64,000 bases of DNA from Zancudomyces culisetae HAW-14-8 (Eukaryota; Fungi; Kickxellomycota). The stretch spans positions 2,170,001 to 2,234,000 of the forward strand of contig JBNJNM010000012.1 of NCBI GenBank assembly GCA_052426225.1, written 5' to 3'. The notes under the pieces were generated by a model that saw nothing but the letters and a program-made list of their open reading frames with translations, was not told where the DNA came from and made no database searches. Shown one piece after another: positions 22,153 to 33,092 of the stretch (position 1 is its first letter; every line of letters begins with the position of its first letter). The position numbers and the translations under genes were made by a program.

Positions 22153-25100
22153 ATGGTTAATAGATTTAATCTCGGTGAGCAAGAGCTATTCGTGAGAGAA
22201 GAAGAGGATTTTGAAATCGAAAATGGAGCTGGAGAAAATTTTCTGGTGGGTAGCTTTATAAATCTGGAAAGTGGACTCCGAGTGGTTGTTTGTAAAACTA
22301 CAGGACTTTTGAGTCAGCTAAGTATAGTTGTACCAACGGTTTCGTACAATGAAAAGGGATTACCACACACTTTAGAGCATCTAATATTCTGCGGTTCCAA
22401 AAAATACCCATTTAAGGGGTACATAGATGTGCTTGCGTGTAAAAATTTGTCATATGGGACTAATGCATACACCGCACCTGATCATACGAGCTATACATAC
22501 GAGACCGTTGGATTGGAGGGCATAAGTAAGGTGGCAGCAAAGTTCTTGGAGGCAGTGGTAGATCCAGCGTTAGAAGATAATCATTTTGTGACTGAGGTTT
22601 ACCATTTTGATGGAGACGGGAAGCAAAAGGGTGTAGTGTATAGCGAAATGAAATCTGTGGAGGATACCGAATACGAAAAGCTTGATCAGGAAGTTAGAAG
22701 AATCATGTATGGAGAAAACTCGATCTACTACTACGGAACTGGTGGCCTAACAAAAGATATAGCACAGGCAAGCAATAAAGAGATAATTGAATATCATTTT
22801 CAGGAATACCAGAGAGCCAAAACTACAGTTTTAGTTGTTGGTGGGGTCGGAGAAGATCTTGGAGAGTTTTTTGAAGAGCTGCGTGAGTTTGAATATTTAT
22901 TTAAGAAGAGGGAGGAGCGTGTTGTTGAAAAGAAGAGGAACGATGTGGCAGTGCTGCAAGAAAAGGTGCAATATAGAAAAGTGAAATTCAGCTCGGAGAA
23001 TGAAGAAATAGGATCAGTTAGTTGTAATTGGATTGGCCCAGAGATAATCGACATAGAAACAAAGACAGCACTGAATATAATGAGCATGTATATGGTGGAA
23101 AACGGGGAGTCTGTATTGAACAAGAGGTTTGTGGAAACGGAAGAACCACTAGCCAACCATATTGCTGTGGAAGTAAGTGAGTACGTACCCACATGGCTAT
23201 CAATACATTTTGAAGGAGTTGAATTGGGTGAAAACCGGGATATGGGTAAGGAGTATTATGAGATGCTTATTGAGGAGCTGGAGACAACAATCAGGGAAAA
23301 GATAAGCATCGACGAAATGAGAAGGTTGATTGAGAGATTTAAGCGGAACTATTATGTGCTGCTTGAAGGATCGGAGGTGGATGTAATGAATGGGCAAATA
23401 ATAAACGCTATACTAGAGCAAAACTATGGGGGAAATAGCAGAAAAGGTAATAGTAGCTTGGCGAGTTTGATCAAAGAGTCAACCAAGATAATTGAAACAA
23501 TAGACAAACTATACCACAGTGAGATTGACTATTGGAAGGAACTGGTTAAGAAATGGTTTATTGATAATAAATGTGTAGTGGTTGTGATGGAACCAGATCA
23601 GGAACTGACTGACAAGATACGAAAAGAGGGAGAGGAATATGAAACTGAATTGCGAAAAAAGTGTTCACCTGAATATGAAAAAAACCTGCGCGAGGTAATT
23701 GAAAAGGTTAACAACAGTAAATTGCCTGAGAATATTGTGCAGGAGATAATAAACAGTAAACAAAAGAGAGAAATCCCATTGCCATTTAATAGCAACTATG
23801 GGAGCGGAGACTGTAAATATATTGAGATACTATCACACCAGTTTTATACGATAAGTGTGTACATCCCAATGGAGCGGTCAGAGTTTAATCTATACATTCC
23901 GCTACTTGAGGCGTTAGTTTTCAATTCGGATATAATAGTCAAAGATAAAATAATCAAGTACGAAGATCTAGTCAAAAGGCTTAGTGAGATAAGCGTCAGT
24001 TACAGTAGCAGTATGGGATCGCTGATTTCAGGTAGATCGGATATATTCCAAACGCACTATCCAACAAATGTGGTTCAATTGGGGATTACAACAACGAAGG
24101 AGCATCTAGACGAATGTGCAGAGATTCTACAAAACTGCTTAAACATCAGCTTTGACAAAACCAGGATCAAAACCGTCGCCAAACAGATAAAAACGAGTAT
24201 ACTTGAAAGCAAAAACAATGGTGGGTATATTCTGGATTGTATAGTAAGTACAACCTTGAATAAAGAGAAAGGTGGAATTTCAAAAGACATTTTTGATCAA
24301 GAAAGAGTAATTGGGCAGATTATTCGGTTGCTTGAGAAAGAAGATGGAGAGGAGGGTGACCAGGCACACGAGAAAGATGGGGAAAATACAGAGTATTATG
24401 ACGATACCAGCGAGGCTGATGTTGAACTTGGAGCTGAGGGCGAGTGTGAAGGTGAGGGTGAGGGTGAGGATGGTACAGCCGAAAAGAACGATATTCTAGA
24501 TGTTTGTTGTATGGACCAGGTAATCAATAATCTTAACCTGCTTAAAGCAGAGATTTTGAGGTCATTGGAAGAATCTGGCTATTACCAGTATGGATATCCA
24601 AAGTCAAAAACATCTAGTGGGGGCGAAGAAAATAGCAGTAGCAATAGTAATAAAAAGCTGATGGAAGATATTGATTCAAAGTACAATAAGGCCAAACGAG
24701 AAAAAATATTTGACCTTGACAAAACTAAGTTCGCAGTTAAGGGCAAGCAGGAGATAAACTTTACATTGAAAAACATCAACACAACATGTGCAAGCTTTAT
24801 CATACAAGTAACACAAAACGATGTGTCAAATCATATTGAGGAAATGATGGGTCTGAAAATCCTGACATATATTCTGGGTGGTAGGGTAGATGGGGTTCTG
24901 TACAACTTGGTAAGGGGAAATGGGTATGGGTATGGAGTCCATTCGTACTACAACATCGTAACAGGGTTGCTGACGATTAAATACACCGAAATCACATCCT
25001 CACAGTACAAAAATTGTGTGGATCAAGTCCACCAGTTAATATCAAAGCTTATTGATAGTGAGGAGTATTTCTACTCAGTAGTGAATGAGCTGGAGCTTCA

Positions 25101-25446
25101 GCTTGCCAAGTCAAATATTATATACTCTTCATGTTACCTCTCGACGCTAAATAGTTCTAGTGGAAGTAGTGGTGGTATTGGTGGAGGAAGTAGTGCGATT
25201 AGCGGCAACAATCTTCTAGCATTGCTTTTGGAAATCCAGTGTTTCTGGTCGTCGTACATCAACACATCTACGACCTCGGCTACAACAGGTATCGATTTGA
25301 ATGTCTTTTTGACCTGGTTTAAACAGCAGTTAAACTCTATTGATTTGCAAACTTTACGGGCATGCTTTGTACGGCATTACTCTCATTTCTTAAGTGCAAA
25401 TTACTTGAATGTGGTTGTCTCTCCACCAGCCTTGTCATCATCTTGA
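22153..25446 (+). CDS. M16 (insulinase family) zinc metallopeptidase, presequence-protease-related
   Basis: GLPHTLEHLIFCGSKKYPFKG (HXXEH), GTNAYT, EVYH...GVVYSEM, LYNLVRGNGYGYG. Intronless, 1097 aa. Confidence 0.9.
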   Translation: MVNRFNLGEQELFVREEEDFEIENGAGENFLVGSFINLESGLRVVVCKTTGLLSQLSIVVPTVSYNEKGLPHTLEHLIFCGSKKYPFKGYIDVLACKNLSYGTNAYTAPDHTSYTYETVGLEGISKVAAKFLEAVVDPALEDNHFVTEVYHFDGDGKQKGVVYSEMKSVEDTEYEKLDQEVRRIMYGENSIYYYGTGGLTKDIAQASNKEIIEYHFQEYQRAKTTVLVVGGVGEDLGEFFEELREFEYLFKKREERVVEKKRNDVAVLQEKVQYRKVKFSSENEEIGSVSCNWIGPEIIDIETKTALNIMSMYMVENGESVLNKRFVETEEPLANHIAVEVSEYVPTWLSIHFEGVELGENRDMGKEYYEMLIEELETTIREKISIDEMRRLIERFKRNYYVLLEGSEVDVMNGQIINAILEQNYGGNSRKGNSSLASLIKESTKIIETIDKLYHSEIDYWKELVKKWFIDNKCVVVVMEPDQELTDKIRKEGEEYETELRKKCSPEYEKNLREVIEKVNNSKLPENIVQEIINSKQKREIPLPFNSNYGSGDCKYIEILSHQFYTISVYIPMERSEFNLYIPLLEALVFNSDIIVKDKIIKYEDLVKRLSEISVSYSSSMGSLISGRSDIFQTHYPTNVVQLGITTTKEHLDECAEILQNCLNISFDKTRIKTVAKQIKTSILESKNNGGYILDCIVSTTLNKEKGGISKDIFDQERVIGQIIRLLEKEDGEEGDQAHEKDGENTEYYDDTSEADVELGAEGECEGEGEGEDGTAEKNDILDVCCMDQVINNLNLLKAEILRSLEESGYYQYGYPKSKTSSGGEENSSSNSNKKLMEDIDSKYNKAKREKIFDLDKTKFAVKGKQEINFTLKNINTTCASFIIQVTQNDVSNHIEEMMGLKILTYILGGRVDGVLYNLVRGNGYGYGVHSYYNIVTGLLTIKYTEITSSQYKNCVDQVHQLISKLIDSEEYFYSVVNELELQLAKSNIIYSSCYLSTLNSSSGSSGGIGGGSSAISGNNLLALLLEIQCFWSSYINTSTTSATTGIDLNVFLTWFKQQLNSIDLQTLRACFVRHYSHFLSANYLNVVVSPPALSSS

Positions 25447-25742
25447 TTTTTTTTTTTACATATATTTATTTTTATTTTTATTTTTGGGGGAGGGAGGGGA
25501 AAGAAGAAAGGAGAAAGGGAGACATTTTTATAGTGAAAACATCAAATTTTACTAGTACAAAACTGCATCAAACAATAACCTGACATTAACTACTTTCTTC
25601 TACCAAATTAAAACTATAAACATTAACGATATTAAACATAACTTGAACAACTAACGTTTGAATAATAAACTAAAAATAATAAACATGATGAAACTTGAAA
25701 TTGATTAAATTATAGAGGTTAGAATAGGCTGACCATTATCAT

Positions 25743-28172
25743 TTACATTTCTGTCTCCACGCCTAGCCGATTCCCTCGTTCGACTTTATTTTGATTGTAA
25801 CTGCTTTTTAAAAGAGATTTTGGTGTAGTTTCAATTGATCTTTCACCACCAACATTATCCTTGAAATCAGTTAGGGACTTTCTTTTGGATTTATACACGC
25901 CATTGCTTTTTGTATTGCTATTATCTCCATCACTGAAACCTGAAACACCAGCAATGTTTTGATTATGCAGGGTAAAGTTGTTCATTTTACCAACTCTGTC
26001 ATCACTATTATTAGGATCATCATAATCATCACCATCACCATCACCATCACCATCATAACTCTTACTACTATTGCAACTACTGTTATTACTGCTAGCTGCA
26101 TTGATATTGGTATTGGTAATTTCAGTATCACTAATCTTATTTTCGTTTTGAGTCTGGGTTTGGGTCTGGGTCTGGGTCTGGTTTTGAATCTGGTTTTCGC
26201 TTGCATTTTCGCCTTGGATACCGTCATATTTGTTTATGTTGTGGATACTTTTATCTTGACCATCAGTCCCATCATGCAAAGCGCCATCCGAATCAATCGG
26301 TTTGGGATTTCTATCACCATTGTCATCTATAGCAAACAAATACTCATAATTCAACATCATAAATGTTAATACAAGAACCGGAATTCGCAAACTAGGTGAT
26401 ATCACTATAGATATATTTCTGACATTCATTTTGGTTTGTTTTTTGTTGATTGCAATCCGGATCAAATTGGCTAGCAGCGCCCTCAGTAATGTATAATTCT
26501 CTATTGGCAAAGCAGAAACCAATTCGTTCATCTTAACTACTTTTAATCCTCGTGTCGTCGCCTGCGAATTAACAATTTCATAAAATACTGGCTCCAGCTC
26601 AGCTGTTAGCAGGTTTGTAGGGAGGCAACGTAAATACAGCTTTAAAAGACCAGCTACCGCATGGATATCAATGTACCCACTGCTTTTATGAAGTATATTA
26701 TAGTCCTTGTGCGTCTCAAACTTATTCTTTAACTCCTCCATGGTTGCCGAACTCCCACTAATCCGATAAATTCCTTCCTCCATGTATGCCGACTTATGAT
26801 CCAGGTACTCTATACATCGATACACAATCGCCGGTAAGTAATAATTTGTTCGAACCATCGTTTCCCTGACCGCTTGTGCCAACTCCTTTCCAAAAATCCC
26901 TTTAAACTCTGCTCTGCTCCGTGTCAGTTTATTAAAACTCTTTAGTACTTTATCAATACCCGAACTTTTTACCACCACTTCCTTTTTTTTAACTCTCCCA
27001 GAACATCCCAAATCATCAGTCGTAACAAGTGGTGCGTATTGATACAATTCCGGTTCTTCTTCCGTCTCTCGCATGATTCTACCAACTTTGTCTCTGTAAA
27101 ATCCTTGTTTCAGTGTCTGATTCTCCAATTCTTTGTTTTCGCCTATCTCTACCTTATCATCCATTACCCTTTGAACCTTTCCATTACTCACCCCCTCCCC
27201 CTTCCCCTTTCCTTCATTCTTTTTTTCACCCTCCCGATCACCTCGTATCGCCACATTTTCTATATCTTTTTCCCTTTGAGCATCATTTTTACCCTTTAAT
27301 ATCTCCTGTAACATAGTATGTTGCTCTGGGTTTATTTCGCTATACTTATGTGACGTCTGTATATAACTCCCACTTTTTCTATATCGTTCTTCTGGGGTGA
27401 TTGGACCTTGCTCTAGATTTTCTCGACACTTCATTTTATGGCTATCCTGCTCGCTACCTATTCTTCTAATGACTATCGAATCCCTACTATTTGCCAATCT
27501 ATTTTGACCCATTAAATCCCTTCCCTTTTCAACTTGGCTCGGTAGATAGTTTTTGTCCAGCCACAAATCCATAAGTTTCCTCTGATCAGTACCCTTTAAT
27601 GTATTCATTCTTTTCCCTTCTTCTATTTCAACCTTGTCTTCATTCCCGTTCTGTACATTAGGCCTTTCGCATATATATTCTACAAATATTCTTTGATTAC
27701 CCGACGCACACGCGTGGTATGTCTCAATTAAATTTTTTTCCGCAATCAACATAAGCTCGGTAATACTTGCCGCAGAATCCTTGCCAGCAACTTTTTTCAT
27801 CTCCTTTATTTTTTCCTCCAATTGCTCTTGCTTTCCTTTCGGTAATACTTCTTTAACTCTATCATTAAGCTTTTCAAATTCTACAAATTTTCGGCGCGTA
27901 TTCCATTCCGGTCCCGACCCGATCTTGACTCGCATTTCAACTGATTTGATTTCTTTATCTGCTTTTTCTATACTTGTAATCTCTAGCTCTATCTGATCAT
28001 ATTTCTTTATAACCTCCTTTATCCTTAATTCCCATCTCTCTACTTCGTAGTGCTCTTCAAGTGGTTTTCGCTTTTCCGCTTGTTCCCTATATCCAAACAT
28101 TTGTAGGCTAGTTATATATATTCCGCTGTTAAGATTTTCGATAGAAACTTTTATTCTTTCTGTCAAAGTTCC
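25743..28172 (-). CDS. RhoGAP protein (Bem3-like, with degenerate PX-like N-terminal region); 5' end unresolved
   Basis: GIFGKEL, LPAIVYRCIEYL, EEGIYRISG (arginine finger), DIHAVAGLLKLYLR, KMNVRNISIVISPSL. A possible splice acceptor at 28173 suggests an upstream exon. Confidence 0.88.
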   Translation of the reverse strand, partial: GTLTERIKVSIENLNSGIYITSLQMFGYREQAEKRKPLEEHYEVERWELRIKEVIKKYDQIELEITSIEKADKEIKSVEMRVKIGSGPEWNTRRKFVEFEKLNDRVKEVLPKGKQEQLEEKIKEMKKVAGKDSAASITELMLIAEKNLIETYHACASGNQRIFVEYICERPNVQNGNEDKVEIEEGKRMNTLKGTDQRKLMDLWLDKNYLPSQVEKGRDLMGQNRLANSRDSIVIRRIGSEQDSHKMKCRENLEQGPITPEERYRKSGSYIQTSHKYSEINPEQHTMLQEILKGKNDAQREKDIENVAIRGDREGEKKNEGKGKGEGVSNGKVQRVMDDKVEIGENKELENQTLKQGFYRDKVGRIMRETEEEPELYQYAPLVTTDDLGCSGRVKKKEVVVKSSGIDKVLKSFNKLTRSRAEFKGIFGKELAQAVRETMVRTNYYLPAIVYRCIEYLDHKSAYMEEGIYRISGSSATMEELKNKFETHKDYNILHKSSGYIDIHAVAGLLKLYLRCLPTNLLTAELEPVFYEIVNSQATTRGLKVVKMNELVSALPIENYTLLRALLANLIRIAINKKQTKMNVRNISIVISPSLRIPVLVLTFMMLNYEYLFAIDDNGDRNPKPIDSDGALHDGTDGQDKSIHNINKYDGIQGENASENQIQNQTQTQTQTQTQNENKISDTEITNTNINAASSNNSSCNSSKSYDGDGDGDGDDYDDPNNSDDRVGKMNNFTLHNQNIAGVSGFSDGDNSNTKSNGVYKSKRKSLTDFKDNVGGERSIETTPKSLLKSSYNQNKVERGNRLGVETEM

Positions 28173-29549
28173 CTATCCACAATACCACAACGACAAAATT
28201 CTATAAATTTTTTGTCGAGTCAAACAGAAAAAAAAGAAACATATCACCAAAATACGAACAGCCAATCGTTGATTCCAACTTTCGATTAAATAAAAGGATG
28301 CATAGCTCTGGCGTCCACACCTCGTATAAACATCTCCATTATATCCTCAAAAAGAAAAATAATCTGTTAAATATACCCTTGTACTCACCTTTCTTGGCCC
28401 CTACGATTTGCTTGTTCTTCCCCCATTGTATCTCAGTGCGTACCCAGATTTTTACTACTACGATGATCGTGTTTATGGCTATTAGTTCCTATTTTCTTGA
28501 CTAGATATTATAATATCGCTGAATCTCCTATTACTAGAAAAATTGCCTTCTTGTTGAATACGACAACTTGAATTACAATGTCTTTTCGGAATATTGAAAC
28601 AAAAAATTAAAGCTTGTATAAAAACAAAGGAGCTCGCTTATATTCAATATTTAGCCATTACCAAATTTCCCGCTTAATTACTATGGACTAAATCCCTATT
28701 CATTCCACTAAAATCTTTGTTTTCTGTTAATTATAATTGAATTTCCGCATTTTTTGAATCCAAAGCTATTTCAGATTTCTTTTTATTTAATTTTAATCGC
28801 AGCGATAGGTTAATGTAAAGTAAAAATCTACGCCAATTTACAAAATAATAAATCTGGTGAAGTTATTTGAAAAATAAAGCTAATATAAAACAAAAACAAA
28901 ACAAAAAAAAGCTTTCGCGTTGGTAAATAAAACCACCTGAATCCAGCCTCTTATTTTATTTGCCTCCTCCCCCCCAAAACATTCTCTGCGCCTTGACAAA
29001 ACATTCTTAATTTTATCCGCTGACTCGAAGTATGTGCGCGCTTTATTCATAATAATCAAGAAAGAAAGGAAAAAACGGGTAGAATCTACATACATTCTCT
29101 TTGTATAAAGAGTCCTCTAGTTGTGTCTACAGACTCTGGGACTGGTCAAAATTATTTTAGCTCTTTTCTAAGCTTATAAAAACGTTTTTGCTTAGAATTG
29201 CAAAATGATAGACACTATCTTGGAAAATGAAGCTGATGAAGACAGTAGAGCACATTATTAATATCAGGGAAATGTACACCTTTTCCTAGCCAATGGTATT
29301 GGTGCTGTTGTACTTTTTATTTTACAGTTATTTCCATTGTTTTTGTTTTCTATCATAAATAGAAATCATGTCCAGAGAAAATAGAGCCAAGAAAAAATTA
29401 GAAAAATCTGCCTGTTATTTTTGGATTTTCGGTAATTAATTATTTTAAGTCTGATTCTTGCCAAAAAAAAATCGCATTATCAAGACAAAATACCCTAGAT
29501 TGAGGAATAAATGGAAATATCATAAGCAGAAGCGATAATACTACGAACG

Positions 29550-31421
29550 ATGAGTTTTTCAATAAACGCTTTAAAGTCGTATGTAAGAAATCGGGCATTA
29601 GCTCGTTCAGTTGTAGCTCGGAGCGAGCTGGTGCGTTTGGCCTCAAAAGTTGATCAAATCAAAACCATTACCACAACCCAAAGTAGAAGAATCAATCATT
29701 CCCAGAAAAATGCACTTTCGACAGTAAATCGGACTCGAGAAAATGAAAGAAATCAAAAAAATGGATCTAAACTCAGAGACGCGTTTATCTTTTTCGGATT
29801 TTCGATCATTGCTGGAAATCTAGCCATTCTTTGCAATCAAAAACTAGAAAACAGGGGCGCTGAAGAAAAAAAGAAAGCGAACGTAAGAGAATTGTGCTTT
29901 GTGGTTTTAAACAACGACGTAAAAGCTCTGAAAGAACTACTGAAAAGGTATCCACAAACAGACTTGAACGAAAAGCACCCGCTGGGATGGACAGCCCTAC
30001 TTGTAGCCACAGCAAACGGTAATATCGAGATGGTTCGGGAACTGCTTAAGCGTGGAGCAGATCCGAAAAGTGTTGACGATTTTAGTGTTTCTTTGGAACG
30101 AGGAAATATTAGAGATGTTCAAGAACAGTACATTCAGCGTGAAAGGGAGTTCAGCTCATTGATTTATCCCAGTGCACCGACACTTGGGTTTTCGCCCTTG
30201 CACTATGCCTGTGTTAGCGAAAACATCGACATGATAAAACTACTGATTGAGTATGGCGCCGACCCTAGAGTACTAGATAAACAGGGAAACCATCCTGGAA
30301 GATACGTCGAAACTGATAGTGAAAATTACACGCAGATTATATCGCTCTTGGAAGAGGCTAGTGTTAAAGCTGAGCAGGAAGAAGCAAGAAGAAACAAGGA
30401 AAATCGACGTATATTTCCACTAGAGAAAAGGCTAGAGACCGTGATAGTTGGACAAAAAGCACCTATTGAAGCTGTTGCATCGGCAATAAGGAGAAAAGAA
30501 AATGGCTGGAACGAGGAAGAAAGACCTCTTGTATTTCTTTTTTTGGGGTCTTCAGGAGTCGGAAAGACAGAATTAGCAAAACAGGTAGCAAAATATCTAC
30601 ACTCAAACGAAGACTCGTTTATACGAATAGATATGTCAGAGTTCCAAACCAAACACGAAGTATCCAAGTTTATTGGCTCGCCTCCTGGATATGTCGGTCA
30701 CGATGAGGGTGGTCAATTGACAGAAAAACTTCGAAAAACTCCTAACGCCGTTGTTTTGCTTGACGAAGTCGAAAAGGCACATCCAGATGTATTGAATGTT
30801 ATGCTTCAGGTTTTTGATGAAGGTAGACTGACTGATGGAAAGGGAAAAACCATATTGTGTAAAGATGCGATATTTATAATGACATCAAATCTAGCTCAGC
30901 GAGAAATTGCTGAACAATCCCAAATACTAAGGGAGGAAGCCGAAAAGAATGAATTTACAAATCCATTGAAGGATGACTACAACTCACCTCAAAAAAAATT
31001 CATTAATCAAGTTATATATCCCATACTACGGAGTCACTTTAGAAGAGACGAGTTTTTAGGAAGAATAACCGAGATACTCTATTTTTTACCTTTTAACAGC
31101 CAAGAACTGCATATGATTGCTGAGAAGGAAATGGTAAAATGGGCGGAAAAGGCTTCCCAGCGACACCAAGTCAAATTAACCTGGTCAAACGATCTAATCG
31201 AACTTATCGTCAAGCTCGGATACAATGTTCATTATGGTGCTAGATCCATAAAACACGAAATTGATAAGCGCGTGATAAATCTGATTGCCAAAGCGCATGA
31301 GTATGATGAGTTTGAAAATGGTGCATCCATTCACGTTTATGTGGAGAATGGGAAAGTCAATCTTAATATTGATAAGACCAAAGGCGATAAGAAAAAGGCC
31401 ACTGGCTTTTTAGGTTTTTAG
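29550..31421 (+). CDS. CLPB: Skd3/CLPB-type mitochondrial ankyrin-repeat AAA+ disaggregase
   Basis: Arg/Ser-rich presequence, hydrophobic stretch, ankyrin repeats (HPLGWTALL, GFSPLHYA). Single ClpB NBD2-type AAA+ domain: GSSGVGKT, SPPGYVG, DEVEKAHPDV, DEGRLTDGKG, RDEFLGRI, YGARSI. Confidence 0.93.
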   Translation: MSFSINALKSYVRNRALARSVVARSELVRLASKVDQIKTITTTQSRRINHSQKNALSTVNRTRENERNQKNGSKLRDAFIFFGFSIIAGNLAILCNQKLENRGAEEKKKANVRELCFVVLNNDVKALKELLKRYPQTDLNEKHPLGWTALLVATANGNIEMVRELLKRGADPKSVDDFSVSLERGNIRDVQEQYIQREREFSSLIYPSAPTLGFSPLHYACVSENIDMIKLLIEYGADPRVLDKQGNHPGRYVETDSENYTQIISLLEEASVKAEQEEARRNKENRRIFPLEKRLETVIVGQKAPIEAVASAIRRKENGWNEEERPLVFLFLGSSGVGKTELAKQVAKYLHSNEDSFIRIDMSEFQTKHEVSKFIGSPPGYVGHDEGGQLTEKLRKTPNAVVLLDEVEKAHPDVLNVMLQVFDEGRLTDGKGKTILCKDAIFIMTSNLAQREIAEQSQILREEAEKNEFTNPLKDDYNSPQKKFINQVIYPILRSHFRRDEFLGRITEILYFLPFNSQELHMIAEKEMVKWAEKASQRHQVKLTWSNDLIELIVKLGYNVHYGARSIKHEIDKRVINLIAKAHEYDEFENGASIHVYVENGKVNLNIDKTKGDKKKATGFLGF

Positions 31422-31461
31422 GTTTTTAGGTTTTTATTTTCTGGAGTTTTTAGATTTTTAG
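31408..31461. repeat. (TTTTTAGG/A)n short tandem repeat spanning the CLPB stop codon
   Basis: ttttaggtttttaggtttttagg...tttttagatttttaga. Confidence 0.7.
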
Positions 31462-32054
31462 ACTAACTATAACTCGAAGTTGTTCATATATGCCATTGAA
31501 AATGTAGCTATTATTTTTATTACAGGCAGTTATTTGTATTTTTTTTTTCTAAAGATGGTAAGTACTGAACGCTAAACTCGTTAGGAAGCATTTTTTTTTA
31601 CTGATAGAATGATATGGACGTGTCGCTTTTAGTTATCTCACAGATTATTTTTTGAAATATCTGATGGTGTGTTTGGTAGTGGAAGTACCAGTAGTAGATT
31701 GTAAGAGTTAAAAGGTAGTGCTTTAAAATTTTTGCAACTTTGGAATATGGTATTATAGATATATACACGCACATATATACAGATACCATCTACCACGCTT
31801 TGGGTTTCCATTTTGATGTATGTAGTGAATTCCAATCTGGCAAGGGAAAAAATCACATGTACCACTTTTTTTTTTAGTGCTAGGACAAGCATTTTGTTTT
31901 TAGCCTTTCTAAGGTGTAATGAATTTAATCATCAGGTATCAGTATGACAAATAACGGTACAATAGCCCCAGGTTGGGGTGAGATTTCCATCTTAAACTAT
32001 TTAGTATAGTAGGAGGCGAATAGTAATAATCATGATAATTATATTGAGAAGGAG

Positions 32055-32096
32055 GGGAAAGGGAAAGGGAAAGGGAAAGGGAGAGGGAGAGGGAAA
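32055..32096. repeat. (GGGAAA/GGGAGA)n purine microsatellite
   Basis: gggaaagggaaagggaaagggaaagggagagggagagggaaa. Confidence 0.8.
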
Positions 32097-33092
32097 TGAG
32101 AGTATATACATTTATTCAAACTATTTTGTGGAGATAGCTCTTATACTTAGCCTCACCTTGTAACAAAATAAAATAATACTCGTTGAAGCAAACGAGTACC
32201 CAAGCTGCGGGCCATATTAATAACTAGCGTTTTATACGCATTACATCATATTGCAAAATCCTAACCTTCAACCTTGGGCAATTTGTACAAAGTGTTCTCG
32301 TTGTGCGTGAACAATCTGGTGGAAAAATGGAGCGACCACCAAATTAAGTAGTGTGTGCTCTTGAAAATCTAGACTATGGGTGCTCATTTTTTTCATAAAT
32401 ATAGCTATTGTTGGTTGGTTTATTAGCCCATGCAATAGCTCCAAAAATAATTGGATGCTTGTAGTGCATATTCTATTGCTCATGCACAAGAAAGCCGGAA
32501 ATGTATGTATATAATTACTCTTTTCGGCACGTAGTTGCAATTACAGAAGCCGAAAGGCGTTTAGCAAACACAAATTTGGGGAGGAGGAAGGATATTTATT
32601 TACGATATCCATTTAATTTGCTATTTTTACACACATTTGTAAAATATCATCATTTTTGGAAATATGCGAGAATATAATATTCTGGTATGAGGGGTTTGGC
32701 ATAAATAGGTTCTAAAACGGAAAAAAAAACCAACTTAGTCGAAATAACATAGAGGAGCCCAAGAGACAGAATCGAATGGAAATATTAATGCAGGGGAATT
32801 AAGCTTTTCTAATAATGTATACCTTTGTAATCACGCTATAAACTATAAAGGAAAAAATAAAGAGTATAAATTTTCATTCCAGCTCAGCCTTCAGGCTTTA
32901 TTTGTAATTTAAAACAGGTACTATTAAAAGGATCACGTATTATATATTCCGAACAATATTCGAGAGAAGACAAGAAAAGAAAAGGCACACCGGTTTTTTT
33001 TACAAGATATCAAGGTGCAGAACTAAAAACATCGACGGAATTGAAAAGCGAATAGAATAAATAATCTTCTTATAAGCTGTGTAGTAAAATAA

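Noticed and set aside
31408-31461. Interstitial telomere
   Set aside because: Only 3-5 degenerate units overlapping a stop codon; replication slippage is sufficient explanation.
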